Assembly: GCA_964016885.1 (NCBI GenBank)
Contig: OZ024744.1
Location: 41,664,001-41,728,000, forward strand
Direction of reading: 5' to 3'
Source: Eledone cirrhosa
Lineage: Eukaryota
Length of the DNA: 64,000 bases
In this document: one piece after another, positions 35,401 to 47,530 of the stretch
Numbering within the stretch: position 1 is the stretch's first letter
Layout of the letters: each line of letters opens with the position of its first letter
Position numbers and translations under genes: made by a program
The notes under the pieces: generated by a model
Databases searched by the model: none
Seen by the model: the letters and a program-made list of their open reading frames with translations, nothing else
What the model was told of the DNA's origin: nothing

Positions 35401-35863
35401 AGTTCGGGATAAACTCTACAGGCATGGAGGTGCCGTCAGCCGGGCATGTCCGAGATGCGCGCAGGGCGACGAAACCGTCCTGCACGCGCTCGTCCAGTGT
35501 CCGAAAATTGCTGACTTGTGGGTTTATGTCGAACACCTGCTGTCGCGTTTAGGACGGATCCAGCTATCATCTGAGTCCATCGTGAGGATTGCCCCGCCCT
35601 CCTCCTTTAGCCGGGAAGGGCAGGCAGTTTTTATCTGTCTGGTGGCCATGGCGAAAGAGATAGTATGGTGGACACGTTTGAAAGGGCTGAAGACGAGCAC
35701 TTACCTCTTCGGTGATGCTCTGATTGACTTTTTCAAATTTCATTTGAAAAGGAAAATCAGAGTAGAGAGGGAAGTGCTCTCTTCCCAGCATTTTGTTGAA
35801 AGATGGGTGAGAGAAGCAAGAATGGCCCGAGTGAATGGGCCTACTCTGAGTATATATCTGTAA
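32444..35863 (+). CDS. E2 ORF2, 1139 aa, APE endonuclease, reverse transcriptase and CCHC
   Basis: SINARG, SET, VYAP, GDWN, YLDR, TDH, GYWKLN, SPGLDG, QGCPLS, YADD, CPRC..ETVLHALVQC all intact. Confidence 0.96.
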   Translation: MTSLRIGSINARGLGSSWKQGHLLNDLRSLNIDVVAISETRISEARAFAPIFGGYDVYASPSRPGSGGGVAVLFRRGLDLAIRAIFLDPEGKLVVLDVTSGDGQAFRLVAVYAPTGAGRPDFFRRLETFLGTSRSLVLVGDWNGILDARWDCVGLADRGGGCKSLTNLLRRFELSDRYRLDFPNVPMWTWKNRIGSSRSYLDRVFCREIDRSSIGCPQFKIVSYTDHKFVTCVLDLDRLHRRGPGYWKLNASLPARKAYRDRISELVKRALTGAIVNNKWWFALKRAIRIESIRFSKALAIEKNRAEGELVRKLDEALSKGIATDVLAAKLALDQFFNAKHEGCVVRARVRALRHEGTKAVQWARVAEARRGNKATIRSLVDHDGRMLLDPGQMCEAFQRHFAQLFGGSGGPGRGMDLSVYLDGLPRLSATEAKCCEKPITAAEVREAMTGCTRGKSPGLDGLPYELYVQMPDLFGGLLADVYCNWQQNGRIPSSVSRGAVALLRKDPNKGDNIDNFRPITLLNTEFKILAKVLAKRLALVVGGLVGEAQTCAIPDRSIHDNLHLMRYIVERVAREPGTGGSLINLDQSKAFDRVDHRYLAAVLRAAGFGPVFRGWIAAMHSDICSVVRVNGHLSEPFNIMRSVRQGCPLSSLLYVLTLEPLLHKLETLRGVPRELGCGRSVSAYADDVTVVVSNAKHIEAIGTTLREYEAVTGAMINQEKSVGLQLGTWRGRSMPSNSVVGCWTDGPVKLLGVWFGPDLQTDKNWDEVTSRVASLTQKWAERKLSLKGRAEVANAYIASVICYRLTVVPCPKPHLTALERLLFRFLWKGRAPMVRRSICCQHPLRGGLGMPWLMMRRHALRLRHLHLFLDGDQVWSPFARRVFPQLVSLTELQSWVKRRPRGSAWRLECLQALTALDQSGNVIGGNSTSAFYRGLVEGKSDDVLGETLGVDENQLANLFGRTFGPGPMDNFQKSLAWQCYRGALPVRDKLYRHGGAVSRACPRCAQGDETVLHALVQCPKIADLWVYVEHLLSRLGRIQLSSESIVRIAPPSSFSREGQAVFICLVAMAKEIVWWTRLKGLKTSTYLFGDALIDFFKFHLKRKIRVEREVLSSQHFVERWVREARMARVNGPTLSIYL

Positions 35864-36122
35864 ATTAAAGGTGGAAAACTGGGAGAGGGCACTTGCCTTG
35901 GTGGTCAGGGTCATTGTGGCTTTTTACTGGGCTTTCTCCACAAATGTCCCTCCGAAGTCTCCCCCCTATTGGGGAATTTTTCATTGTTATTTTCATTGTT
36001 ATTTTTGTTACATCCTCTGTTTTTGTTTTTTACACGCAGAAATGCCCATTTGTACCGTCCTGCATTGTCCTGCACTGTCCTTAATGTCTACTTTATGTAA
36101 ACCCTTGTGGTTAATAAAGAAA

Positions 36123-36154
<32 letters not shown>

Positions 36155-39100
36155 GGCGACCTACGTAGTAAATCGTATCATCGTGAGCTCCGCAAAGGTT
36201 TGTTATTTTCAGTTATTTAAAATTGCCATTCATGGAATTTTTTTATTGTTAACTCTATATAAGTGCACATACATTGATTTCTGAAAAGGACACTCAAAAA
36301 TATTGGAGCCTTGAGTCCAAAATTTAAACTTTTTATAATTATCAAACAAAAATTTTTCTTTGAAAAATAATGGATTTCTCAGAGTCACTTCTTCCTCACA
36401 ATCCAACACCTCACACCGACACCACCATTGTAAACATTGCTACGTTTGCCAACACTGGAATTGTAAGCAGTAGCAATATTTTAAATTTGTCTCAGGCAGA
36501 CGTTCATTTCTCGCCATTACCAATGACTGCAGGTGTTAAAGCCGCCACCACCACCACCGCGACAACCCCCACCCCCACCACCACCACAGCGACAACAGAA
36601 ACAAAAGAAAAAATAAATTAACTCATGATATCGAAATGAATTCAACCAAAATGATCTCTTCCACACTGGACACCACTGACGCCACCACCACCACAACTGA
36701 AACTAAAATTAACAATAGCAAAAATAACGATAATAACAACAGCAACAATGAAATTAAGAAAACTACCCTGAGTTTTGCCAGAGTAGCAAAAACGTGCAAA
36801 GCGATCCAGGTAACTCAGGAAGCATTAGACGAAGCCAAAGGAATGGTAAAGAAAGATGGATACAGGGTCAGCCTCACCTCCACCCACCTAATAAAATGGA
36901 GCAACGTCGCCTATGCACCGTGTCTTATCGGACAATAAACATAAAATCGCGCCGAGTGGAACGGGCATCTGAGTCCCAAATCCAAAAAGCTTTGGGACAT
37001 GTGTGGGCAAAAAAAACCCACATTAGACGTGGGCAGAAATATGGAACCGTGGACGTGTTCTTTGAAACACCAGAGGAGGCCAGAGAACACTCCATGGCCC
37101 CATTAAGAAGTGACGACCTCACACTCATCCCAAGCTATTGAGGCCAGAGACTTGTGAAGATCAGGGTGACCCACGTTCCACCGGCCATCGAAATTCCCTG
37201 GCTAATGGCTGCCGTCCTCGCCGGCATCGAGGCCAACACCAAAATAATAGAAATAGCAAAAGAAAAGCAGGAGAACTGGTCAGGATCTGGGATGGAGCTC
37301 CTGATCCAAGCGGACCATAAAAGCATTGAGGAGATGCCAGAGGTAATAGACCTCACTGACGGCAGCCACCTCACCGTAATCGTCGAGGGCAGAAGACCTA
37401 GGTGTGTCGTTTGTGGTGAAGGAACCCACCTAAGGGCTTTCTGCCCTCAGGTTAAAAGGTTGAGGCCACCTCTCTTACCCACCCCAGTGACTCAACCATC
37501 AACACCACCAGCAGCTGAAATGGCAGCAACAACTGTAGCAGCAACAACAGAAGCAACTGTAACAGCAACAACCCCAGCAACAGTAGCAAAACCAACACCA
37601 CCACCACACAACGCCCCAGAACTAGCACCAGCGCCTACACCATCCACCACGCCACAACCAAAACCAACGCCTGTGGAGGATTTTCCACTCCCCGGCTTAT
37701 CGCAACTGGAGACAGATTGTGACGACGAGGAGTGGGAAACGGTATCAGGAAAAAAGAAAAAAAGAAACCAAAAAAGAAAAAAAATGATCTCCCCCCCCCC
37801 TCCAAAAACAAAATACAGAGGGAAACAAATAAATTGACAAACAAGAAAGTTAAGACAGATATGCCACCATCCACACCAGCATCACCAACCCCATCACCAC
37901 AAACACTAACACCATCACCATCATTAACCCCAACACCACCTTCACCAACACCACAAGAGTCACCAAAAAGCGTAACAGAAACAAACCCACAACAAACGCA
38001 AACAAAACAAAACAACCAAAACGATACACACTACACAGCATTAAATTTGAACAACAAGCAATTATTACACTACATCCAACACAACACCAGCATCACAGAA
38101 AAAGACTACACAACAACCCCAAAATTCACACCACCTCCACACATACAAATCACTCGCATCACACAGAAAACGTACATGACACTAAAACAAAAATTCCCCA
38201 AAGACATCGGAGACTTCCGACAAACACTCTCCAGGAGGATTTATAAGGACATCCTTCCGGAGGAGGCCACAAGCCATGAAAAGGATGGACACACCATCCT
38301 TCCTCTACGAGAAGTAAGGTAAGTGGTCTTTCCCATCTTTTCCATTCCATTTCAACATGACCTCATTCAGAATAGGCAGCATAAATGCGCGTGGCTTGGG
38401 GTCGTCATGGAAGCAGGGCCACCTGCTCAACGACCTCAGGTCACTAAACATAGATGTAGTGGCCATCAGCGAGACCAGAATCTCCGAAGCACAGGCTTTC
38501 GCACCGATCTTCGGCGGCTACGATGTGTACGCATCTCCCAGCCGTCCGGGGTCGGGGGGAGGAGTTGCTGTGCTTTTTCGGAGAGGTTTGGTTCTCGCCA
38601 TACGGGCCATCTTCCTGGACCCAGAGGGTAAGTTGGTGGTGCTGGACGTGACCAGCGGAGACGGGCCAGCTTTCAAGCTAGTGGCCGTCTATGCCCCGAC
38701 AGGAGTAAGGCGACCTGATTTCTTCCGGCGTCTGGAGACCTTTCTTGGAACGTCCCGCTCTTTAGTGTTAGTGGGCGACTGGAACGGGATCTTAGATGCA
38801 CGCTGGGACTGTGTGGGATTAGCGGATAGGGGAGGAGGGTGCAAGAGCCTCACCAACCTGCTCAGGCGTTTTGAACTGTCTGACAGGTACCGATTGGATT
38901 TCCCGAATGTGCTAATGTGGACTTGGAAAAATCGCATAGAGTCATCCAGATCATATCTAGATAGAGTATTTTGTAGGGAAATAGATAGGTCTAGCTTAGG
39001 CTGTCCACAATTCAAGATAGTCAGCTACACGGACCACAAATTCGTGATCTGTGTGCTTGACTTAGATAGGCTTCATAGACGAGGACCCAGCTACTGGAAG

Positions 39101-42014
39101 CTAAACGCGTCCTTACCAGCGCGCAAGGCCTACAGAGACAGGATTAGCGAACTAGTTAAGCGGGCGTTGACGGGGGCCATCGTCAACAACAAGTGGGGTG
39201 GTTTGCATTGAAAAGAGCGATTAGAATAGAATCCATTAGGTTTAGTAAAGCTTTAGCAATAGAGAAAAATAGAGCAGAGGGAGAACTAGTTAGAAAATTA
39301 GACGAGGCGCTTAGCAAAGGCATTGCGACCGACGTGCTTGCGGCGAAATTGGCCCTTGACCAATTCTTCAATGCAAAGCACGAAGGCTGCGTTGTCAGAG
39401 CTAGGGTGCGTGCTCTCAGACACGAGGGGACGAAAGCCGTTCAATGGGCCTGAGTGGCGGAGGCGCGTCGTGGCAACAAAGCCACGATCCGGTCTTTGGT
39501 GGACCACGACGGGCGCATGCTACTCGATCCCGGGCAAATGTGTGAAGCTTTTCAGCGACACTTCGCTCAACTGTTCGGGGGCAGTGGCGGGCCGGGTCGA
39601 GGGATGGACTTTAGTGTCTACCTCGACGGACTGCCGCGGCTCTCGACCACTGAGGCGGAGTGTTGCGAAAAGCCGATAACAGCCGCTGAAGTAAGTGAGG
39701 CAATGACTGGCTGCACAAGGGGTAAATCGCCTGGTTTGGATGGTCTGCCCTATGAACTTTACGTACAGATGCCAGACTTGTTCGGAGGCCTCTTGGCGGA
39801 CGTCTACTGCAACTGGCAACAGAACGGGAGAATTCCCAGTTCTGTGAGCCTAGGAGCGGTGGCACTGCTGGGAAAGGATCCGAACAAGGGGGATAACATA
39901 GATAATTTCAGGCCCATAACTGCTAAACACAGAGTTCAAGATTTTGGTCAAGGTGCTAGCAAAGAGGTTGGCGCTTGTCGTTGGTGGTCTGGTGGGAGAG
40001 GCGCAGACATGCGCCATTCCCGACAGATCCATCCACGACAACCTCCACCTCATGCGATACATCGTAGAGAGGGTAGCTAGGGAACCTGGCACGGGTGGGT
40101 CCTTGATCAATTTAGATCAGTCGAAAGCTTTCGATAGGGTCGACCATCGTTACCTAGCGGCAGTCCTGAGGGCGGCTGGCTTTGGGCCCGTCTTCAGAGG
40201 CTGGATCGCTGCCATGCACAGCGACATCTGCTCTGTGGTGAGAGTGAACGGTCACCTTTCGGAACCGTTCAACATCATGCGCTCGGTCCGCCAAGGATGT
40301 CCCCTCTCGTCCCTCTTGTACGTATTGACTCTCGAGCCATTACTGCACAAACTGGAGACGTTGAGGGGGCGTCCCGCGCGAACTAGGATGCGGAAGATCC
40401 GTGTCAGTATATGCGGACGATGTCACCGTAGTGGTGTCGAATGCCAAACACATCGAGGCGATCGGCACTACACTAAGAGAATACGAAGCGGTGACAGGAG
40501 CAATGATCAACCAGGAAAAGTCAGTGGGCCTGCAGCTCGGCACCTGGAGAGGCAGGTCCATGCCGTCCAACAGCGTCGCCGGGCGCTGGACGGACGGACC
40601 GGTTAAATTGCTAGGGGTCTGGTTCGGTCCAGACGGACAAAAACTGGGACGAGGTGAGGAGCAGGGTGGCTTCTCTCACCCAGAAATGGGCGGAGAGGAA
40701 GCTATCCCTGAAAGGTCGAGCGGAGGTGGCTAACGCGTACATCGCGTCCGTCATCTACTACCGCCTGACCGTCGTACCTTGTCCTAAGACCCGCCTGACT
40801 GCGCTGGAGCGTTTACTCTTTCGCTTCTTGTGGAAGGGACGCGCTCCGATGGTCAGACGGTTGATCTGCTGTCAACACCCGCTACGTGGAGGGCTGGGCA
40901 TGCCGTGGCTGATGATGCGCAGACACGCGCTCAGGCTACGACATCTCCACCTCTTCCTCGACGGTGATCAGGTGTGGTCGCCGTTTGCTAGACACGTTTT
41001 TCCCCAGCTCGTCTCCTTGACGGAGCTGCAGTCCTGGGTCAAGCGAAGACCGAGAGGGAGCGCTTGGAGAATGGAATGTCTTCAGGCACTCACAGCCCTC
41101 GACCAATCGGGCAATGTGATCGGTGGAAACTTCACCTTGGCGTTCTATTGGGGATTAGTGGAGGGGAAGAGCGACGACGTACTTGGAGAAACTCTAGGCG
41201 TCGACGAAAATCAACTAGCCAATCTCTTCGGAAGGACTTTCGGGCCGGGGCCTATGGACAACTTCCAGAAATCCCTGGCCTGGCAGTGCTACCGGGGAGC
41301 TTTGCCAGTTCGGGATAAACTCTACAGGCATGGAGGTGCCGTCAGCCGGGCATGTCCGAGTTGCGCACAGGGCGACGAAACCGTCCTGCACGCACTCGTC
41401 CAGTGTCCGAGCATTGCTGACTTGTGGGTTTATGTCGAACACCTGCTGTCACGTGTAGGACGGATCCAGCTATCAGCTGAGTCCATCGTGAGGATTGCCA
41501 CGCCCTCTTCCTTCAGCCGGGAAGGGCAGGCAGTCTTTATCTGTCTGGTGGCCATGGCGAAATAGATAGTATGGTGGACACGTTTGAAAGGGCTGAAAAC
41601 GAGCACTTACATCTTCGGTGATGCCCTGATTAACTTTTTCAAATTTCATTTGAAAAGGAAAATCAGGGTAGAGAGGGAAGTGCTCTCTTCCCAGCATTTT
41701 GTTGAAAGATGGGTGAGAGAAGCAAGTATGGCCCGAGTGAATGGGCCTTCTCTGAGTATGTGTCTGTAAATTAAAGGTGGAAAACTGGGAGAGGGCACTT
41801 GTCCTGGTGGTCAGGGTCACTGTGGTCTTTTAATGGGCTTTCTCCACAAATGGCCCTCGGAAGTCTCCCCCCTATTGGGGAATTTTTCTTTGTTATTTTA
41901 TTACATCCTCTGTTTTTTTTTACATGCAGAAATGCCCATTTGTACCGTCCTGTATTGTCCTGTACTGTCCTTAATGTCTACTTTATGTAAACCCTTGTGG
42001 TTAATAAAGAAAAC
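36155..42014 (+). mobile_element. Full-length Tx1/L1-clade LINE E3 (ORF1 type A), both ORFs disrupted
   Basis: Same 5' end as E1; ORF1 36636-38322 and ORF2 38357-41769 broken by several frameshifts and stops. Confidence 0.95.
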
Positions 42015-42030
42015 ATTATATATATATATA

Positions 42031-42097
<67 letters not shown>

Positions 42098-42101
<4 letters not shown>

Positions 42102-42347
42102 AGCTATCGCCGTATTTTAACTAAAGAAACTAAAGAAATTATTTAGCCTGATAGTGGGGTTAAGAACCCTCGGAGAAATGGAAAAAGATGAGTATTGACG
42201 TACATGGGAGTCGGACCCACATCTTTGGTTATCCAGACCATGTACTTCAATACTCATCTTTTTCCATTTCTCCGAGGGTTCTTAACCCCACTATCAGGCT
42301 AAATATTTTTTTTAATTTCTTTAGTTAAAATACGGCGATAGCTTACA
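42098..42347. repeat. Foldback/MITE-like inverted repeat (~110-bp arms)
   Basis: TGTAAGCTATCGCCGTATTTTAACTAAAGAAA... is the reverse complement of ...TTTCTTTAGTTAAAATACGGCGATAGCTTACA. Confidence 0.9.
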
Positions 42348-42398
42348 TTTATAATAATTTCAAACTCGCTCGCTCGATGATTCGAAAATATTATTACT

Positions 42399-42646
<248 letters not shown>

Positions 42647-42799
42647 AATTTATTTAAGTCGTTTGGAAGCCTCGACAATGCAAATGGGTAAATCACCGGG
42701 TAACAAGATCCGGTGGTGGAGATAGATGTAAGTGGGTGACAGTCAAATTTGCAATTTTCAACTGTTGAAAATTGCAAACTTGACTGTCACTACACATTA

Positions 42800-42838
42800 T
42801 GAATCTGAAGATTGCGAAAGCATGAAAGTACTTGTTCA
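42800..42838 (+). ncRNA. Minimal type I hammerhead-like motif
   Basis: TGAAT-CTGAAGA-T-TGC-GAAA-GCA-T-GAAA-GTAC-TT-GTTCA; palindromic stem III AGTACT. Confidence 0.45.
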
Positions 42839-43024
42839 ATTAACACTTAACATTTAATATTCTATCATACTATTTCATTATAATACCATTATAAATTTTA
42901 AAGGATTGTAAATGAAACGAGTAAATCAGACAAAGTTGGAATTCCTCTTATTAATATAATCTTCTATACACAATCATACACACCCGTGTATATTTCTCTC
43001 TCTCTCTCTATCTCTCTCTCTCTC

Positions 43025-43089
<65 letters not shown>

Positions 43090-43347
43090 ATCAAAGATAT
43101 ATATTGAATTAGGAACTCAAAATAGTCTCTTACAATAAAATAGCTCTAAAAAGAGACATTTCCGAGCCGTAATTAAATATAAAAGAAAAACGAACACAGC
43201 TATATAGATATATGTGTTCAAATCGTAAGGGACCAGATTCGCTAAGGTGAAAAGAATACTAACTATAGACAATAGGGTTTGTTGCTTGTCTCAATTTAAG
43301 AAAAAATCAAGAAAATAAATACAAACCGGAATTGTGGTAACTACCAA

Positions 43348-43424
43348 TAACCTAGACAACTTGGTGTTGTTTCGCAAAATTAATTGTGAATAGAGTTACC
43401 AATTCTTGCTCATCAGTGGGTGAT
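43348..43424 (-). ncRNA. Type I hammerhead ribozyme motif
   Basis: Minus strand CTGATGA, stem II GCAAGA../..TTTTGC, GAAA, stem III CAAC/GTTG, GTC cleavage triplet; stem I pairs 6 of 8. Confidence 0.7.
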
Positions 43425-43516
43425 GAATTAGTATCGTAGACACTTCTAAATATATTAAATAACTAAATAGTGTGCTATATATAATAACGCCACTAAAAAT
43501 AGCAGCCAGATTTATT

Positions 43517-43548
<32 letters not shown>

Positions 43549-44268
43549 TTATATATTTGCTAGCATTGATATGCATCTGTATGTATATATATGTTACTAG
43601 ATATTAATTCTTTATAATTATCTCCAAATTATTTGTCGAGCAATATTGGCCAATACTGCTGCTATAGTAGCAGGCAGCCCGCTGTTTTATTAACAAACCA
43701 CTTTCCACTGATTGACCTCGATGTCACGTGATTGATTCTTTTTGAATTTGCCACCGACGCAGAGGCAGTGATTTTCTCAATGGCTAGGAATTCAGTCCAC
43801 GCTTTCCTATTTTCTATCCACTGAATTATTTTTGTATAAGTTTCCAGAGTCCACGCTTTGCCTGGATACTTAGCTGAGAATGTGTGAGTAAGAAAAACGT
43901 TGCTTAATGTAACTGTTATAGAGATTTTAAAATGTATGATACTACAATATATCTAGGAAAAGATCTCATGTATCGTAACAGCCAGTGATAGCCCCTGGAA
44001 AAGGATTTATAAAGAGGGAAAGATAAAGGAGATTTTTCCCGAAAGTTAAACGGTTAATTTTGAAAATATTTAAATTATAATATTAGGGTGAAGACTCAAG
44101 ATTTCAGGATTTATTTGCTGGTTATTTATATATTAGTTTTATAAATTCTATAAGTGTGTTAACATTTCTAAGCTTCTGAGTTTTATGAGGGTAACATTTA
44201 AAGGATTTAGCTGGCACATCAAGAATGAAAGTTTTATACTGTTGATTATTTTCCTAAATTTAAACGTT

Positions 44269-44702
44269 AACAAAGATACCAACATATTAGGTATGTAAAG
44301 CTTTTGAAGTACTTATTGTTAGAAATATTTAAATAACGATTATGTATATAGATATATATTAATGAGCCAGTATATTTTAGGTAAATAATAACGACGAAGA
44401 TAAAAATAAAATAAAATAATAGATTGAGGCATATTAAGGTTAAATATACACCTATATATAACTGGGTGTAAATGTATTAATTATTCTTTAACGAAGATAC
44501 CAACATATTAGGTATCTAAAGCTTCTGAAGTATTTATTGTTAGAAATATTTAAATAACGATTATGTATATAGATATATATTAATGAGCCAGTATATTTTA
44601 AGTAAATAATAACGAAAATAAAAATAAAATAATAGATTGAGTTATGTTACGGTTAAATATACACCTATATATAACAGGGTGTAAATGCATTAATTATTCT
44701 TA
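44269..44702. repeat. Tandem duplication of a ~220-bp AT-rich unit
   Basis: AAGATACCAACATATTAGGTAT...AATTATTCTT occurs twice. Confidence 0.85.
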
Positions 44703-45673
44703 GTTCAGAGTGTACATAATCAAGAAATTTAGAAGTTAACTAAAACTTATGTATAGGAAGATATAGGGAGGTCAATAGATATATATTAGGTATTAGTGGT
44801 GCAGTATACTGTAGGTAAATGATAACGGTTATAATTTTATAAAATAGAGTTCAACGTGTTACATTTAAATACATATATATATAATAAAAACAATAAGTGC
44901 ATGGATAATTCAGAGTTAAAAATAATGTCTATAATAATTTTTAGTTTGGACATTTTCTCTATATTTGAATAATGTTTATAGAAATGTGGTAGGTATATTT
45001 AAAACTATTTAAAAAATATATAAAATATAATATATAATTACATTATATTATAAATAAGTAATGTACTGGGTAATTGATGGCCTTGTGCCAAAAGTAGAAA
45101 CAATTATATTATAAATAAGAGATCAAAAACGCACCAAAAATTCACATTTATATATAAGTTTGAATCTGTTTTAAATTTTAGATTTTAAAGTGCAGTCGGT
45201 ATATTTAAAAATATATAAATATACTATATTATATTATACTATAAATAAGAGATCAAAAACTCATTAAAAATTCACAGTTATAGATAAATTCCGTAAAGAT
45301 GTATGGGTTGGGTATTAAACTAAAATTTAAAAGAGATCAAAAATGCATTAAAAATTCAGTTATAGCTAAGTTCCGTAAAGATGTATGGGTTGGATATTAA
45401 ACTAAATTTTAAAACATAGATATGAAGATAATAGAGAAATAAAGAAATAATGGTATTGATCAAAGTTAATAAAATAATGTTATGTGTATCAGTGTTCTGG
45501 TATGTTATTGAACAAGTGTCATTCATTCGAGCGTTATTTCTTCTATAGATAGCTATAATATAAAGCAATATTAAAGGACATTAATGTTTTTCCCTGTTGA
45601 TTATATATTCCTGGTAACCAAGTTATTAATGGTTTAGTGTTATTCTCTCTTTTTTTTCTCGTTTTATGGGAGG

Positions 45674-47530
45674 CTAAAAAAGTGGACGTAGGCAACTAGA
45701 GAATAATTCACTTTTTTTGTTAATTAGGGTCTCATAGTTATTAATAATCAACAGGGTCTCCATTGTACAGAGCGGGCAGTTATTTGCTATACTAGAGTTG
45801 TGGTAAATTCCACAGTTCCGAAGTTTTGTCCAAAGAATGGAGTATTTAAAATTTTTCTCTTTTAATGACCATATGAGCTGTGATAAAGACGTGGATGATT
45901 TCCTCTTAGAGTTCGAGAATGAGCATTTATGGTTCGCAAAACGGGCTTTGAATGTCGAAGAGGTCTAACCTATGTAGTTGTATGTGTTGTGATCAGTTTT
46001 TACGGTGCATTTATAAACCAAATTACTATCTAAACAATTATTTTGCAAAGGGCAATCAGTTTTATTTCTACAATTACATTTTGGTTTAGTATCATTTATG
46101 TTAACTCTATTATTAGGATCATTATGCTGATTTGGTTTTAGGATTTTAATATTTAATTTGGCAATGTTTTGGGCCATGTTACTGGTTGTAGAATGTGAGA
46201 ATTTAATGGTATGTCTATTAAAAATGGAATGGTATTTATGTTGAGTAGGGAAAGAGGTGTCAAGAGCGTTAAAGAATAATTTTGCAATTGGTGTATTAAC
46301 TGCGACCGAAGCAGGGGGGGGGGGACCAAATGACTGATTTAGATCTAGTTCGTATACTCGATTTATTTAGCGTATGGGTGTTTGAATTATAATAGAGTTT
46401 CTCTTATATATGTTATTATTTATTATTATTATTATTATTAAGAATAATACTTGGATTATTATTATCTACATATTCTATATTATTCATATATCCTGCTCTT
46501 TTTAACGCGTTGTTTATCAAATATGTTTTTGATATTTTATTAATACGTTTTTGTACACTATTTACTATAGCTTTGTTTTACAGATCTAGGGTGATTTGAA
46601 TAGTTACTAACATAATTTAAGTTTTCATTAGGCTTATGAAAAGGGTAATAGAAGCCAGTGTTTAAGTTAAAGGTAACGTCAAAGACATTGACTATTTTGA
46701 TACCATTTTCTACTTCTAATTTAAGGTCGTACGTTTTAAAGAATTCTATTATACTTTTCTTTACTCTATTTAGTTCTATATTGTTGTATTTGACTACCGT
46801 AAATAAAATGTCGTCCCTATATAAACCACCGGTAATCTCCGGTAGTTTTATATTTATCATGTTTAATATGAAAATTCCCAGAAGATCTGTGATTTGCGCG
46901 GAATCAGATGCCCCCATAGTGATATCAAAGTTTCTATCTCTATCTGAGCGGGTCCAATATTCATTGTTGAAGTTAATGAGAGTTCTTCTGGCTGTTAAAA
47001 TTATATATATTTCATCCGTGGTTAGATCAGTATGCTTATAAGCATATGAGAGGGCCTTATTTAGAAGTTTAGGTGTTATAGAAGAATAGTAGCTAGTAAT
47101 ATCCATCTGGATGAATTTATAGTTTTTCTTATCTTCAATATTCGTGTACCATTCAATGACCTCATTTGAATCTTTCCATAAGCTCAAACTAGATCTCAAT
47201 TTAAGAGTGGGTAATATTCTATCTATGATGTTTTTACTGATTACTCCTATATCCGATTTCGATGGAGCAATCAGTCTAACTGGCATCTCTTCCTTAAAGT
47301 TTCTTTTATGATCCTTCAGGTTAATCCTCGGCTGTCTAGGTAAGAATGGCTCAGTTCTTCCTTCTATTGCTAAATTGGTAATTAATTTGTAGGCTTCTTC
47401 ATTAATTTCAGTAAGATCCTCAGCCGGGGCCTTTTTGTAATTTTTCCTAAGTTCTTTCAAAATCAGGTCGTTATATTCATCATTGCTTATCCCATATAAA
47501 TTATTAGTTTTGTCCGATTTAACCATTACA
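45674..47530 (-). mobile_element. Penelope-like element, Naiad-type (RT and GIY-YIG), 5'-truncated and decayed
   Basis: VKSDKTNN, LKDHK, PVRLI, DITSYYSSI, FDITMG, GLYRDD, VFDVTFNL, SNHP; CNCR...CPL...CL, VYKC, YIG, FKARFANH, CPLC..E, INKKSEL...C. Confidence 0.85.

Larger units (their letters stand above)
30097..36124 (+). mobile_element. Full-length intact Tx1/L1-clade LINE E2 (ORF1 type B)
   Basis: Flanked by (ATT)7 and (ATT)10; two uninterrupted ORFs; AATAAA. Confidence 0.96.

Noticed and set aside
16261-42060. CRISPR-like repeat-spacer array
   Set aside because: The repeats are simple (ATT)n and the spacers are kilobase retrotransposons; no cas genes
45674-46180. Selenocysteine recoding as reported for some Naiad PLEs
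   Set aside because: The conserved Cys codons I translated are TGT/TGC, and the internal stop at 45965 is TAG, not TGA
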